Assembly: GCA_905331295.1 (NCBI GenBank)
Contig: CAJNYD010000157.1
Coordinates: forward strand, 1 to 64,000
Length of the DNA: 64,000 nt
Source of the DNA: Rotaria socialis
Taxonomy: Eukaryota
Reading direction: 5' to 3'
Part shown: in pieces, positions 37,637 to 54,925 of the stretch
Layout: every line of letters starts with the position of its first letter
Numbering within the stretch: position 1 is the stretch's first letter
Made by a program: the position numbers and the translations under genes
Notes under the pieces: generated by a model
Seen by the model: the letters and a program-made list of their open reading frames with translations, nothing else
Databases searched by the model: none
What the model was told of the DNA's origin: nothing

Positions 37637-38527
37637 GAATGAACAGTATTAATTCTCTTTATTTTTTTTTAAACATGAATTTCCTACTCTTCTACTATGT
37701 TTATGAATAAATTTAACTCAAACGCAAATAATCATTCATGCAAATATCGAGGAATTTATGGAAAACGTTTCCCATGCGGAACGATAGATTGAACAGTTAA
37801 AATGCTAATAATAGTATAAGTAGGAAGTAGTTGGCATGTACATGTCTATATGACATTAAATGGTCTGCTGATTATTAGACGAAGAAAAGGATTGACATTC
37901 TCGGCTTGCGACACGACATATTTGGAGAGTTTGGAATTGTGTGGGCATTTTGTTTTTATGTAAACAATAAATTACTAAAGATTTTTTACTGATGAATTCT
38001 TTTCAGTTTTAATCAACTGTGAACTGCGAGAAAATTGAGTAGAAAAAAGAAATGGAATTTGGCCCAATCAAAGTTTATAATCTATCATCGGTTGAGAAGG
38101 GTGCGTTTCTATGAAGATAAGCTTATACGTCCGGGAGTTCATATTTCTATTGAATGACACGCATATCTGTACTCACAATTAATTGTGCCTGCTCTTCTTC
38201 TTCCCAAAGGTTTAGATCGACCCTCCGGAAAAGAAAATTTCAAGAGAAGATTGTAATTCGGTCGAAACATTGATGCTTTATTCAAAACAGTTAATCAAGA
38301 TATGTTTCAAGATAATTCTCTTGCTCGCCTTCAACATGCACATCTTTTTTTCAGAATGAAGAACGATGTTCAGTATATTTTTTGGTTTTCAATTTATTTG
38401 TATTACGAATAATTTGACTGTGTCAGATCCAGAAAAAAAGCAAACAAACAAACATCACATATTAAGTATGGTCAGTTAAAAAAAAAGAATTCATAATAAC
38501 CTAAACAGAATTTTAACACGGAATAAT

Positions 38528-40604
38528 TTAAAGGCCATTGTACAATCGATGCTTTGACTCTTGATGTAGTAATGTTCTTATGGCTAAAAACCAAACGATA
38601 AAAATAGTATTCACAAAAAAACACAAATTTACCTTCGCGTTGTTCATCATTGAGTTCACCTTTGGGGAAATCAACATCGATGGTAACATACAGATCACCG
38701 ATGATATTGTTTTGATCGTGCTGTGGAAGACCTTCACCTTTCTTCTTTATACGAGCACCTGGCCATGTTATCTTTTCACGGTTGACAGTTACCTATAATG
38801 AGAATACGCTTACTACAGTTTGAGTAGGTGACATAAGCTCGTCAGTGTCTATGACTCAGGAGGGGTTGCTAAGACGATTGCAATGTTTCTACGGTGACGC
38901 GTCAGTGGGTGGTACACTATTTATTTCTATGCTTCTTCTAATAGAAACAAACATTTTTATACCTGGTGTCCGTCAAGATGAGGAAACGATACATTAAATC
39001 CATTTAGGGCATCCTGTAGTGTGACCGTTAGATTTGTATACAGATCATTTTTTTTACGTTCAAAATATGGATGTCTAGAATTTCGAAAAACATGTAAATC
39101 TTAAAAAAAGATGTCAATCGTATATAAATTACGTTTGAATGCGAATAATAAATTTCAGATCTCCTGGTTCGCCCTCAATATGAGGTTCGCCTAGATAAAT
39201 AAAAAGATAGTCGATACAAGAAAAACAACAATAGATTTATCATAAAAACATACCTTCAGCATGAAATGATATTTCATATCCATCAGATACACCTGATTCA
39301 ACTTCGATTTCAAGCACTTTTTCTTCAGTGACAAACCTATAAACAAAAGAAAAAGAATTCTTTTACAAAAAAAAAAACTTTCAATTATAATTCTATTTAC
39401 TTAATATTTGGGCAATCATCACATACTTGTTCTTGAATCATTTGAAACTAAAATAAACAAATCATTGATTGAGTTGTAGTGAAATTCAACTAATTGTACA
39501 TATATATTTAACTGATTGGTTTGAAATATTTATTGAACATTTTACAGTCTCGTCTAAAGAGATATTCATTTCAAGAGACTTTCTTTCACGTGTCTTACAA
39601 GGTTGACAGGAGGACTGTCTGAGATACTCATACATTTTCACGATGACTGAGTATAAAAAGAATAAGAATAGGAGGGTATCATCCGGTCGCAGCACCCCGG
39701 AAAACTAAACATAACAGAAAACTCGATGATTCTAGTATATTGCGTTCTCTATCTCTCTCTCTCTCTGCATGGTCTTTTCATCTGCATAAACAATTAGGAG
39801 CCTTGATGTAAGTCATAATTTTCACTAATTATCTTACACGCCCGGGGCCCATTTGCGATGTTCTCATTTCCATTCTGCAATTACATTTTCTTGAGCCACT
39901 TGTTGTCTTTGGAGTTGGTCTAGCTCGAACCACCTAAATCGAAATGTGTAGTTATAAAAAAAAACGAGGATAAATTTTCTTTTACTTCAATAAAATTTCC
40001 ACTATAAACTTCTTCAAGTGTGACGTATAAATCCATCACTAAATCTCCACCGCGTGGAATATGCTTCTGTCCATCATCTCTTGATCCGCCACCAAAATTA
40101 AAGAAATCGCCGAAAAAACTATAAAAAAATGTTTCTACGCAAAATTTTTGAATTCATCAAAACGGAATCACCTGGAAAATGGATCGTGAGATGAATCTCC
40201 ACCACCCTGCTGTTTTAAACCTTCTTCGCCACTTTTATCATAAATTTTTCTTTTGTCAGCATCCGATAGAGTCTATAAGAAAAAATAAATTCATGAATCA
40301 TTTCTATTTCGTTCATTTATTAATTATTACTTCATAAGCAGCGCCTAAATCTTGAAAACGTTCTTGTGCTTGTGGATCATTTTTGTTCTTATCAGGATGC
40401 AATTCTTTGGCTAATTTTCGATAAGCTTTTTTTACTTGATTTAGTGTTGCTGATTTTGGTATATTTAAAATTTTGTAAAAATCTCGACTAAAAGAGAGAA
40501 ATGACACCGTTTTTCTTTTAATGCTAATAACATTTTACAAACCCAGCGGATATAAACGTCGCTAAGAATACTAATAATAATGCAAATATATATATAATCT
40601 TCAT
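38528..40604 (-). CDS. DNAJB11: ER-luminal DnaJ co-chaperone ERdj3, multi-exon
   Basis: Signal peptide [16 protein letters not shown]-domain GRDFYKIL...LHPDKN...[39 protein letters not shown] and [13 protein letters not shown] motifs. C-terminal YNGL*. Confidence 0.93.
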
Positions 40605-40777
40605 CTAAAATAATTATTAAGAATTCTGATTTTTTGTGTTTTTTTAATGCGGAAAATAGAACACCGAATAAAAATGTTTTAAATGCTAAATAGACAAATA
40701 CAAACAGGAATGTGTTTTAATGGAATAAGATAAAGAAAAATACTGTGTGATTAAAACGACAAAACAAAACAAGACAA

Positions 40778-43090
<2,313 letters not shown>

Positions 43091-44152
43091 GAAGAATAAA
43101 AACTGACAATAATGATAATATGCTATGTGGTGTGAGTGGACGACAACGAATACAACCTGAAATAAATATATGAAATTATCATCTCGAATGTCGTTAGATA
43201 TATTTCTATCGTTCTACGCCCTCTGCGGTATCATCGTGCGCAAGCAGCTTTCGGCAACGATAAGCGAATTTTTTTTCTTTTACCTTATATGGATATATAC
43301 TTAGTAAACTATGATTATAATATTTTTTCAAAAACAAATTCAAAATAATAAAATGTATATAACGATATTTACACGAGTAAAGAGAGAAAGAAAGAGAAAA
43401 CAGTCATCGGATGTCGATGAATCAACATGAAAAGCAAACAGGACTTCTACTTTCATTAATCAAAACTAGTGTATGTACTTATGCATTTCGCTGGCACCAG
43501 CAGGAAACTTCCAACAATTATTCTAATCTTCTACCTATGATTCAAGGATGTTTAAAACACGTGTGACCAAAAACAAAATATCAAGTGGTACTTCGGTTGC
43601 AATTTCTATCGAACAAAAAAAAAAGGGACGCAACGAAGAAATGAGTATGAATAGTCGACCTTGTTCGTCCTATCTCTATCTTCTCTTATTCATTCTCACC
43701 TTGACAGTTGAATTACTCTATGATAAGCAACGGCAGTGTGTACATTTTTCTTGCATGAAAGATTGGTTACATAAAGTTTTTTTCTGTTGGTTTGCTCGTA
43801 GAATTCAAGAAAACATTGTGCATTAACCGATTGTAAATACTATTGAAAAATAAATTTTGTTACGCTCACTCAACGGGACCAGTGTCCATGGGCGTGAATA
43901 AAACGTTGAGCTTTGCCATTGGTTATCGAATTTTCAATCAATACTCCCATCTATCGAGCATTTTAATTTTTTTCGATTATGTATTTTTCGATGAAAATAG
44001 ATTGAAATTTATAATTTCTACCTGCTAGACAAACATGATTTTCCCCAGGAACTTGACTGGGTATTTAAAATTAGCCAATAGAAACCTAGTGACATAGTTA
44101 TGATGATGCGTTCCTTTTATTTTTACTTCGACGTATTTTTCAAAGGTGCAAA

Positions 44153-46395
44153 ATGCGTTCATCAACAATTCTAGCGTTTATTTTTATGTGTTTTGTTTGT
44201 TCAATCGCTAAAACTGCAAAAGATGAAGATTTTTCTGAATTTGATGATTTTGATCACGATGAATTTGTCGATGGTATGTGTTTAGTTTTATGTAAATTTT
44301 GATTTATTTTTCTCATTATGATTATTTTAGAAACTCCATCGTCTACCGGTGCTACTCCGTCAACGCCAAAGACACAATCAAATAAGCAAGAATCATTAAG
44401 AAAGGAAGAAGAACCTCAACTGAAACCAAACCAAATCAAAGATGAAGAAGTCTCTATAGATGATGATGACGATGACGACGATGACTTAATGTTTGATGAA
44501 GAAGAATTTGAATCGGTAATATTCTATTTTTTTTTTATGTAAAAAGAGTTTCCAAATGATTTCAACATCATTTTTATTTCATAGAACAAGAGCTAAATTT
44601 CTAAAACTTGAATAGATTCGGTTACTACTTGCTTCAGATTTTGATTTACTTTATTTATTTTTATTATATGAATTGCTGCTTTAAAAGTTAAAGGATCATT
44701 TTAATCTTAACTGGTTAGTGTTTCTCCTTCAAGCTGCGTAACTAATATTTACCTCAATGAGTCATTATCCATATACGTCTTTCCTAGTACAACAATCAAA
44801 ACATTTATTATTTCTATCGCATTCCAAAAAAATGACACTAAGCTTGTATTCATCTAGAGTAACTAGATTCGATGAAAGAATTGATTAAGAATTTCTTCTT
44901 ATTTTTCTAACTAATATTTTAGTCGGATCCATTTGGATCACCAAATCAACCACTATCTGATCTTAAAATAGCTGAAGTTCCAGCGAATTTAACTGGCAAT
45001 CATTGGGAAGCTTATTATTGTGAAGGAATCATGATTATCGCACTTCTTGGCTATTTAATTAATTTTCTTATTGGTCGCACGAAAAATTCTCAACTTGCTA
45101 CAACTATTTTTCGTTCACAACGTGATCTACTCGAGAAAAACTTCTCTCTTGTCGGTGACAATGGTCAAACAAAAACTGGTCAAGCAGAAGAACAAACAGA
45201 TCTGATGCTAAAAGAATCAGAAAATTTATATATTCTATGGTGTAGTGGTCGACCATTGGTCGATAGCATGCTTCTAGAATTACGTTTTGTTAAACGACAA
45301 TGCCTATTCAATTCATTGGCTGCAATAGTTAAATCAATAAATGATACAATTGTTTATACAGTTGATTATAGTAAAGAGGATATGGATACGTTCGTATTTT
45401 GTCTAGCACGAAAACGTTGTATAGCAAGACTTCATCGCGATATGATCGATCTGAGCCAATTTTGTTTGGAAAGAAAAGCTGCCGATAAAAAACGTCTTAG
45501 CGGTAGTTATCAAATGTTAACTGAACTCAGTGAAGCATCAAGTGCAATTATCGATACGAGAATTACTGATTTTATGGAGAAGTATGCGTTTTTTTTCTTA
45601 AAAGAAACTTTTACCATAGTGGAACGATTTTGAGAATATAGCTATGTTTTAAGATTTAGTTTAGTGAATTTATACTCTCGGATTAGTGGGCCGCAAAACT
45701 TTTACTAATTTCTAGACTGCAGTTAGTCGTTTCTATAGATAATAATATTACGAAGCAAGTATGTACTTTTTGTCAGATACTACCTGCGAAGAATAATCGA
45801 AGATCATGCATGAACTGTATCGATATGAATATATTTGTATGTCTTTGATAGATTTCCTGATGCCATTGAATATATTCATGTGAGTGATCAATATACAGGC
45901 ACAAAAACCCAAACAACTGACCCGCAATCCCCATCAACACCAGCTCCGGCAAACACTGGTACTGCAGCACAACAACAAGATGCTCTTAATATTAGTGAAC
46001 GTGCTGTTCGTCGTGTCTTGATTGTAGCCTTTAATTTAGTTCCACAAAACGGTCATTCACTTCAAGTAACAAGTGAAGATGTATGCAATGATTATTTACG
46101 TTTTGTATTATACTTGATGGATCGTGTTAGTTTATTTCGTTTAACATCAAAAGAATCGAGAGCGAAAGCGAATAAAAATCGTCACCGTATTGAAGAAACT
46201 TTTCTTAAGAGTGTTAATCAACAACGGCAAGAACAAGCTCAGCAACGACGTGAAGAACAACGTCGAGCTGAAAAAGAAAAGGTCATGAAATCGGACGATC
46301 CCGAATTACAACGTAAATGGGACGAAAAAGAACATAAACGTGAGATGAAACGGCGACAGCCGAAAATGAAGCAAATGAAAATAAAATCTATGTGA
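44153..46395 (+). CDS. CCDC47: PAT complex subunit CCDC47 (calumin), multi-exon
   Basis: Signal peptide and acidic N-terminus, TM segment, LEKNFSLVGD, KESENLYILWCSGR, IEYIHVSDQYTG and C-terminal QPKMKQMKIKSM*. Confidence 0.92.
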
Positions 46396-46526
46396 ACGAA
46401 CTTTATTAGTGTTGATGAGCGTCCGTTATTTGTTTTTTTTTAAATTTCCATTTCATTCTTTTTTGCTATATTTAAGACGTGTAACAATCATCGAACTTTA
46501 ATAACATCTTCACAGCATTTTTTTAG

Positions 46527-46923
46527 ATGTCTTTTCTAACCGGCACTCATCGATTTCTTGATCCGAAATGTAATGAGATATTAGATCAGTTTTATGAATG
46601 TATCGAAAAGAAAACTCGCGCTATAGGAGCTTGTGATGGTATATTGGCAAAATTATATCGATGTAAACAAGAAGATGTAAGCTTTACATTTCATTATGAA
46701 AGACTTTCTTTTTTCATGATAATCTTGGGTTTTATTGGATTCAATTAATTTTTTGATTTTACAGCTTGAAGCTCATCGAAAAATGAACAAAGTTGATACT
46801 GAACAAAAAAAGCGTGAATTAGCGATAGCACGTGATCCAATTGTTCAAAAAAAACTTGAAATTCTTAAAAGACTACAAGATAAACAAAAAGAGCAAGCAG
46901 CGTCTTCTTCGTCGACGTCGTAG
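46527..46923 (+). CDS. Twin CX9C mitochondrial protein (CMC1/CMC2-like); exons about 46527-46676 and 46765-46923
   Basis: CNEILDQFYEC and CDGILAKLYRC (two CX9C motifs), followed by a charged helix. In-frame splice KQED|LEAHRK. Confidence 0.75.
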
Positions 46924-47825
46924 ACTTTTATGTAAATTTTTGTTTTTCCGTAGTAAAAGTAGTCCTGTGCGACCCATGAAGTTTAGGATAATGTTTGGTT
47001 TTGTTTCTTATAAAGCTTTTTCGTTAAAATTAACGATTTTTTGTAAACTTGATAATAAGATTGGATGAACAAATCAATCTAGTAGTCAACGGAAATTCAG
47101 TTATATCTCGGACGTCGGTATGTTGCTTATTATCAATTAAGTTGAGATGTGAACGATAAAATTTTAATACGCATTGGCCAACTTAAACTTACGAACATCT
47201 CATTTTAAAGCAAGTGAATTGGAGACCCTGATTTGTTCGAAAATATGTCAATATGAGATTAAATCCTTTTTTTTATCAGATAATAAGATTTCTACTCTAT
47301 TGATCTGACGGCTGTTTTTGACGCAGTTGGATCGAACACGATGATTCCTATATCAACTCATAATGATCGTTTTCCACGGCCACTGCTGACGATCATCACA
47401 AGACATCATGTGGAATAGCTGCAAATGGACAATGTAGACAACCATAGTTTTTCTTCGTATTCGACTGCTATGTGATCGTGTACGATTGACCATATTTTAA
47501 TCACATCATGCTGAACTAATTCTTTTGAGTGATATCATCCAATATAAATATCGTGCCGCGGTGATTCTCGCCCTTCTCTATAAGACACATATATTCAGTG
47601 AATCTAAAGAAAGTCTCATTTCTCTCGAGATTTAAATCTTTTCCTTATTATGAACAGTTGAACTACATAATACATCAAACGATGAAACATCTCTTTATTA
47701 AAAAGGCCGAAAATAAAATCCAACGAAGCATACGCAAAAAAAGAAAAGACGATCTAGTCGTAGCATTTAAGTTCTAATTCAAAAATTATGAAAAATATTT
47801 GGAGAGCAATTGACCACGTAGATCC

Positions 47826-49243
47826 CTAAAACAAATGCTGCGGTTGTGTATTCATACTGTACTTGAATGCAGTCGCTTTTAGAAAAAAGTGGTTGGCATG
47901 AGTGATGTTGTCATGTGTCTTCAACGAATGATTACCATAATCCAATACTTGAAGCAATGGTAATAAATCGTAATGTCGATCTACAACGCTTTCTACCTGC
48001 AACAAGATTTCGTTGCTATTGCACTCACTGTAATTGCAACGAAACTTGAGCGACATAAACTAGAGGTAACCTGTTGTATAGATGAAGTTTTTTATTTTTA
48101 AACTAATAGATTTGTCATAGCAATATTGACTAAACTCATGTTTGTTGGCTGAAGTTCCTTCGTACATTCCAGTTGGACAAATATCAACAGTCAAATCTTC
48201 ATTGAAGCATTCTCTTAGACACAAAATATGTTCCGAAAAGGAAGTACTATGAATTGTCTATTTAAAAAACCAATGGGTTCTGTTGGCTTATATTTGGTTT
48301 TGATAATTTATTGTTTGCAGTAGTTTTTATCTGTAATGTCCTAAACGACGCGTGTTTCGCCATCCTCATGGATCGACCCACTAGAACAGTAGGCAACGCG
48401 CATTTTGATAATATAAAAACTCATTTGATTTCAATCAGAATTTGTATGAATGAAAAACAACATTATCTACGATAAATCCCCGTAGTTTGAAAACACCTTA
48501 GAACGACTTTTTGCAATATTCAATTTAAAACCAGACTTATTTCGATGTTACTAGACACAGTTGTAACCGAGACGAGGATCGATTACGAACTGTCGCAATG
48601 TTTTAATCTGAGCATATTATCTGGATTCACCTGCAAATCAACCGAAACTTCTCACGGCGGAGACTGTCAAAACTGATTTCAGGAAGGTTCTAGGACATTA
48701 AGGGATTTACTGTTTCTCTGGTATGTGTCATGGCTGAAAGAATCCGCTTGAATAATTTTCAAAGGCCAATTCGAAACGTCATGTACTCACCTGATTGACT
48801 GCTGTTTCCTTCTAATAATGGCATAGAAGCGTTTAGCAAGCTTGAATAATTGGTTTTGATTAGCCAATCAACATGGTCAAGTACAAATTGTCTGTCACAA
48901 TAATTTACCGAACAGAAAACTTCGAGATGCCAAATTGTTGAGCCTTTGAAGAAGCTACAACAGTGATGAACACAACTGTGTCCGCTGTTAAAATGGACTT
49001 ATCTTCAAGCGACGGACCAAATCGAAGAGTTAACTATTGATAATCATAAATGACTGCGATTCCTACCGGACAATATGTTTATGTGGAGCCCTCACTTACG
49101 GAGAGTCTGTGGAGAACCTTAGTAAAATTATCTCTATGGAAACACTCCAACCGTACAAGAAATGCTGTGGTGTAAACAATACAAGACAGACTATCAGTTT
49201 TTAGATAAATGGCAAGTGTAATAAGCACAAAAAACAGATTCAT
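47826..49243 (-). pseudogene. Decayed gene for a secreted or cell-surface Cys-containing protein
   Basis: Signal-peptide-like MNLFFVLITLAIYLKTDSLSC at 49243, followed by in-frame stops. Further exon-like pieces read CDRQFVLDHVDWLIKTNYSSLL and KFRCNYSECNSNEILLQV. Confidence 0.45.
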
Positions 49244-50397
49244 TGGTTACCAAGAATACGCACTAATATAGAATGAACATGAACACCTTCGAAACTTATA
49301 TTTGATAATATCGAAAGCATTTCAACATGCCAGATATTCAAGAATATTTCAGACAAGAAATAAAAGCACGTCTGTTCGCTTGCAGAAGTTTTTCAGGTGA
49401 TGAATAACGAAAAAGAAAATAGTTCATAAATCATATATAAAAAGTACCGTAGACTAAAGTTTGTATTTGCCTGTTGTATGCATATCATCTTTCATTGAAG
49501 TGCTTGTGATAAACTTAATGCATACTGAACAGGCAACATAAACAGTCTTCAACATACGTGTTACTTTCGGTAAAACTTATTTTAATTGCTAGATACTATA
49601 GTCTGTATATCCATAATTTCCTTATCACTTCTTTTTATCGATCCAATACTTTATGATTTAGAGCGTGCTTTTTTAATTTCTCAAGAAACGACACACACAT
49701 AAATGTATATTTGCTCCAGCACCTGCAATGCTGTAGACAAAACCTAGGATGCTACAGGTCCACACACACCCTCATCTATATCTGCATACGAGATTATCAT
49801 AGAAACGTTTTTGCTGTGAAACGCAGACTACAACAGATATTTCTTTTAACTAATAGTTATCGTAGTAAAGATATGCTTGCTGTGGCTGACACGTTGCATT
49901 GCTTTTTAACTATTACCAAATATTTGGTTACAAATGTGATCAGTCCGTTTTTTTAAATTATTCTATGTTCCCAAGAGACTTTCGTAATGCTGACGATCAC
50001 CGATTTTGGATATCAACCGATTATTTTCATAACCTGTTCTGACTTTTAATCCTGCTCTATTATTATTATGTATTACACAAAATTCATTACAATATAGGAA
50101 ATATTTATACTAAATATATCTTTACAACCCACAGTACAAAAAACCAAACTACAGTCATAAATTGAAGAAAAAAAAGATATTACCTATATACACACACAAA
50201 AAAGGATTAATCTAATCTAAAGACATTTTGTATAGCGGTAATAATTTAATATAAAGCACACAGAACAAACAACGCCGATAAGAAGACAACAGTTATCACA
50301 AAGAAATCTTGAGCAAAATAGACATTGAAAAAAATAGCATAATTTTCTTATTTTGTTTAAGCCTGAGATATTTATAGAAAATAGAGAAGAACAGAAA

Positions 50398-53300
50398 TTA
50401 TGTTAGAATTCCTCCTCTGGATTTAATGCTATCGGCAATTTTAAGAATTTTTCCTAGGCGATCTGCGGAGTTGACTTTTTTCGGTATTGGTGTCGATGGT
50501 AGCACGGGTTTTTTCGTTGGCAATGCAGCTTGTGATGTGATTGATGGGAGGATTTCGGATGCATTTGTACCTAAAAGATGAGAAGAATAAGTCGAACGAC
50601 TGATAAAACAGTGTCTTACCAGTACTAGGTTTTTTTAATTCAATTTTTAGTTTTTTTGTAAATTTCTATAAAATAAAAATATTTAATTTGAAAAATTCAT
50701 TGACTTCTTCTTTTACTTTATCTATATCAGACGATTTAAATTTGGATTTTTCTAAGAAAAAAATAAATGAGCATAGTAAATAACACAAGTTGAACAATGA
50801 AACACTTACTTAATAATGAAAGTTTTTGTTTCACAGATTGATGTTCTTGCTTTATGTTAATGCTTTTATCGATAACAGATTTTGTGACGAACGATGCAAG
50901 ACCATCAGGAGTTATATTATATAATCGTGCAGTTGTATCATGACTTTCAATGTCATCCACAGGCATTTTACCGGATTTTAAAGAATTATTCATATCATTT
51001 CTTGTTTCTTTTCTATTCTTCAATGATCTATACAGAAACAATGTGAATAGATTTTGAAGTATTTCAATCGTTTAGGATTTCTTTATTAAGCGGAAATTAT
51101 CTCGAAATATTCGGTCTTTGTAATGTTTTTGTTTCGTGAACAACTCTAGATAATGAATCTTTCTCTTTGAGAAGTCTGGTCGATATAAAATTTTTCTATG
51201 ATTCTAAGCTATCGATACTTATTGAGTATTCTATGGAAAAGATAGTTCACTTACTGAACATGAGAATGTTGAGTAAAATGTTGCCGTTTAGCTTTGAGAT
51301 CTAGATAACGGGAAAATAAAATTCAATAAAATTGCATTTCAAATCCTTACCAAGTTTATACGAAATTCTGGACGGATTTACAGATTCTGAACTACTATGA
51401 ACAAAATTTTCAACTATTAAAAATGTTTTTTTTTCTCTTACTTATTCTTCTGTTTAACTGATGATAAAGGTCGTCCAAACTTTTTCTTTTGTATTTTTCC
51501 CAATAAATTTCCCTTTCGATCTTCATCTATTTTTGATTTCATGGCTATTTTAACTTCATGTCCGACTATTGATTCTTTAGCTTCTGAGACAGGCGATAGA
51601 CGACGACATTTGACGTTAATCTTTAAATAAAAAATCATAACGAATTAGTTCAATAGAGAAATTTAAAAGCAAAATAAACAACCTTATTGTCACCAAACTG
51701 AATAAATTCTCTTCTATTGTCAATTGGAGATACAATTTTATTTGAACTTGTTATTGTGGTTTTTGACGGTAATGTTTCCTGATTCGATGAGCCACATCGG
51801 GTCTAATGAGAGAGAAAGCTTTTTCATGATTGTGATATTCGAGGAAGAAAAACCATCGTACTTTAGCTAGCTCAAGTTCACGTGAAAGATCACGTAGAAG
51901 TTTTTCACAGTTGATACCTTTCGGTATGATATATCGATTTCGTATTTGATACTAAAATAGGAATTTCAAGTTAATGCTTACAAGTTTTAGTTAAATTATT
52001 ACTCTTCTATCAACTGTTAACCATCGATTCATATTGTAAATAATCGATTCAGATGCTTGCTGCAGTATAGGGCTGATTGCAGACGAGTTTAAATGATTGT
52101 ATTCTATTACGAAAGAAAATTCGATTAGGAATATGTTGTATTTTTCAATAGTTTTACCTCTTAGCTTGTCATAGAAATGTTTAGCAGCATACCAATGATA
52201 TGTTTCAAATAACGGATATTTAAATTTGTGTGGAACTTTGGCAAGACGTTCCAATTCGTAGATCCTATAATTGAAACAGAAATTCAGATAGTCGTCAGTA
52301 AGATCATTCCATTTAAAACTTAAGACAACAACATTGATCTTATAGAAGGTTGCCTTTCTACGAAGATTTTGACCGAAATTCAATTTCCCGTGTTTAAAAC
52401 GCATGATACAATATTTCGAAAATGATAGGCTAACGATTTGAACTATTAACAAAGTATTTCTTGCTCACAAAAATTCTAAATAATGCATATAGATTCGACT
52501 CAAAACTATGACTCTCGTTGTCATTTTATATCTACTTACCGCAATTGCATGTCAACACCCATTGATTGAAGAAAATTTCCACCAAATACAAGTGAATCTG
52601 TAACTGTATAAACCGCATGGATCCATCTAAAAAAATACCGAATATTTCCTTCAAACGAGAGAACAACAAGAAACAAACCCGGGTGGTAAAAGAATGGTAT
52701 TTCCTTCACGGATATGCATTTTATAGCAATGTGAAACACAATCGCCTAAAAATGTTTCGGATTCATTCGGTGAATTTGACCAATCAGCATATTTTTGTAA
52801 ATTTTCATCAGTCGGTTCAATTAAATAGAAGATCTTTTCACCCTTGAATAAAATCAAAATAGAATTTTTTGTCATTTTTACAATTAAAATGAATCTTACC
52901 CTCACAATTGAATACCACACACTTGAACCACCAAAATCAATATGAAAATCTGTATAAGATGATTGTGGACTGATTAAACAATATTTGGCTACTTCTGGAC
53001 GGTCGAAATTTTCGAAGTGATTCGATTTCAAATCTTCGTCATCGTCACTTTGATCCGTATCACCACTCGATGAAATTGTTCGACGTTTGAATTTCGCTAA
53101 AGGTGATTCTAATGGCCATGCATTTTTGTTTTTCAATCCCTTTGCTTCAACGTTACCATCGCATTTCTCGGACTTTTTCTTATCGGGCCAAACACCGATA
53201 GTAGCCCAAGATAAATCTCGAACTATTTTTGGTATAATAACCGATTCGCCCAATCTTAATAAGCAAACACAAAAGCAAAAATAAGAAATCAATGAAAAAG

Positions 53301-54925
53301 ATTTTTTTCTAAATATTAAATATATCTATCGACATCTCATAAAAAAAACGACAAAATAGCTTGTAGAATAAATTACCTACTTCTTCAGGTCACACAAAGT
53401 CTTTTCACTCACAGACAGGAATTTGCGAAAGCCAATCAATGCATCGAATCGGTACAATTTGAGCAATAGCCAAAAATCTGTCTTTTCGCCGAAACTGACT
53501 ATAGAGTTTACATAGTAAGCCTTCATATATATATATATATATATATATCTGTACCAACTTTACACTACTTTATCTCTGTAAACATATAAACAGATAATTT
53601 ACATTGATAGAAGATTGAGATAAGCAAAGCAAGTAGTAGCAGAATGTATTCCTAACGAATCTAACATTTATCTTCACATCAAACAGGATTAAGTCCTCGT
53701 GAAGTCTTTTAAATGCTACTCAAATAATTCTTTTTCCTTCTCTGAAAGAAAAACACACGTGAATAAATACTACTACTCAGAGCGCACAGTTTTATTATTT
53801 TCCATTAGAAAAAAATATAATCTACTGCCAAACAGTCAGAATGAATTTTTACGATTGATTTCACATAGAATAAACCCGTTTAAAAACTCAAAATCATATT
53901 GAATTCTCTATATCATTAATCTCAATAGTTCATGTCAAGAAACTCTACTTTCCTATGAAAAAAAGCACCCTTGATACTTATAAAACATACTTGGTATTCG
54001 AGACTTCAAGACTTAAAACATTGTAAATTTTATTTCGATCATAACTTTCAAAATATTCAGCATAGTCATTAAAACTCATTTTATAAATAACTTGTTTTTC
54101 ACAATCGATGATATCCACGTGCTGTTCCGGGCCTATAAAAAATAATTCAAAATAAAAACAAGAAAGTATTTCGTCTAGTTTATACCGATAAGTTTATTAA
54201 TTTCTTGTAACGTTATCGTTCGATCCGGTAGTGTTAATTCGAGACCATCACGACTTGATATTAATATTGGCTTCGTAAAACCATTTGCAAGTAAATATTC
54301 ACTTGTTAATTGATCGCCTTTTACTCTTACAATCACTGGCTCACAACTTTATATCAGAAAAAAAATGACCACGTAAATAAATAGACAAAAAAAGAATAAA
54401 TTACTCTAAAAATGTTTTTCGTTTTAATTGCTTGATAAAATCTTTGGTGCCACTTTGTACTGGCTAAAGCAATGTTCAATTTTTATGTTTTTATGATTTT
54501 CTTATTGAGCTTACTTTCTGTTCGGCATTTCCATCACTATAATCTCGTCGATGTTGATTTTGTTTTGGTTTAACTAGAAGAAAATTTTATAGAATAAAAA
54601 AAAAGCTATTCTATCGTTTGAATTACATATTGAAGGTCCATAATTTTTTGAACATTCCACACAAAAATATTTTTCAATGTCATCTAGGATAAAGAATTTT
54701 TCAAACAAATTGAAATTCTTGATATTAGCTTTTACCGGCAATACGATCAGCTAACGATACACATTTTCCATGGAACCAACCATTACAACCATCACATTCA
54801 ATCATAAAATCATCGTTGTCATCTTGCTCGTTTAATTCATCTTCACGTTTTTGGCATATACAATAGCGGCGTTCATTATTATTATCATTATTAGAAGAAA
54901 GATCCTGCCGAGACATTTTCTTCAT
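50398..54925 (-). CDS. KDM7: PHD + JmjC histone demethylase of the KDM7/PHF8/PHF2 family, multi-exon
   Basis: N-terminal PHD YCIC...[39 protein letters not shown] and [17 protein letters not shown] show an intact HxD...H triad. C-terminal [10 protein letters not shown] motif. Confidence 0.92.

Noticed and set aside
53525..53548. (TA)n microsatellite in a KDM7 intron
   Set aside because: An ordinary short simple repeat.
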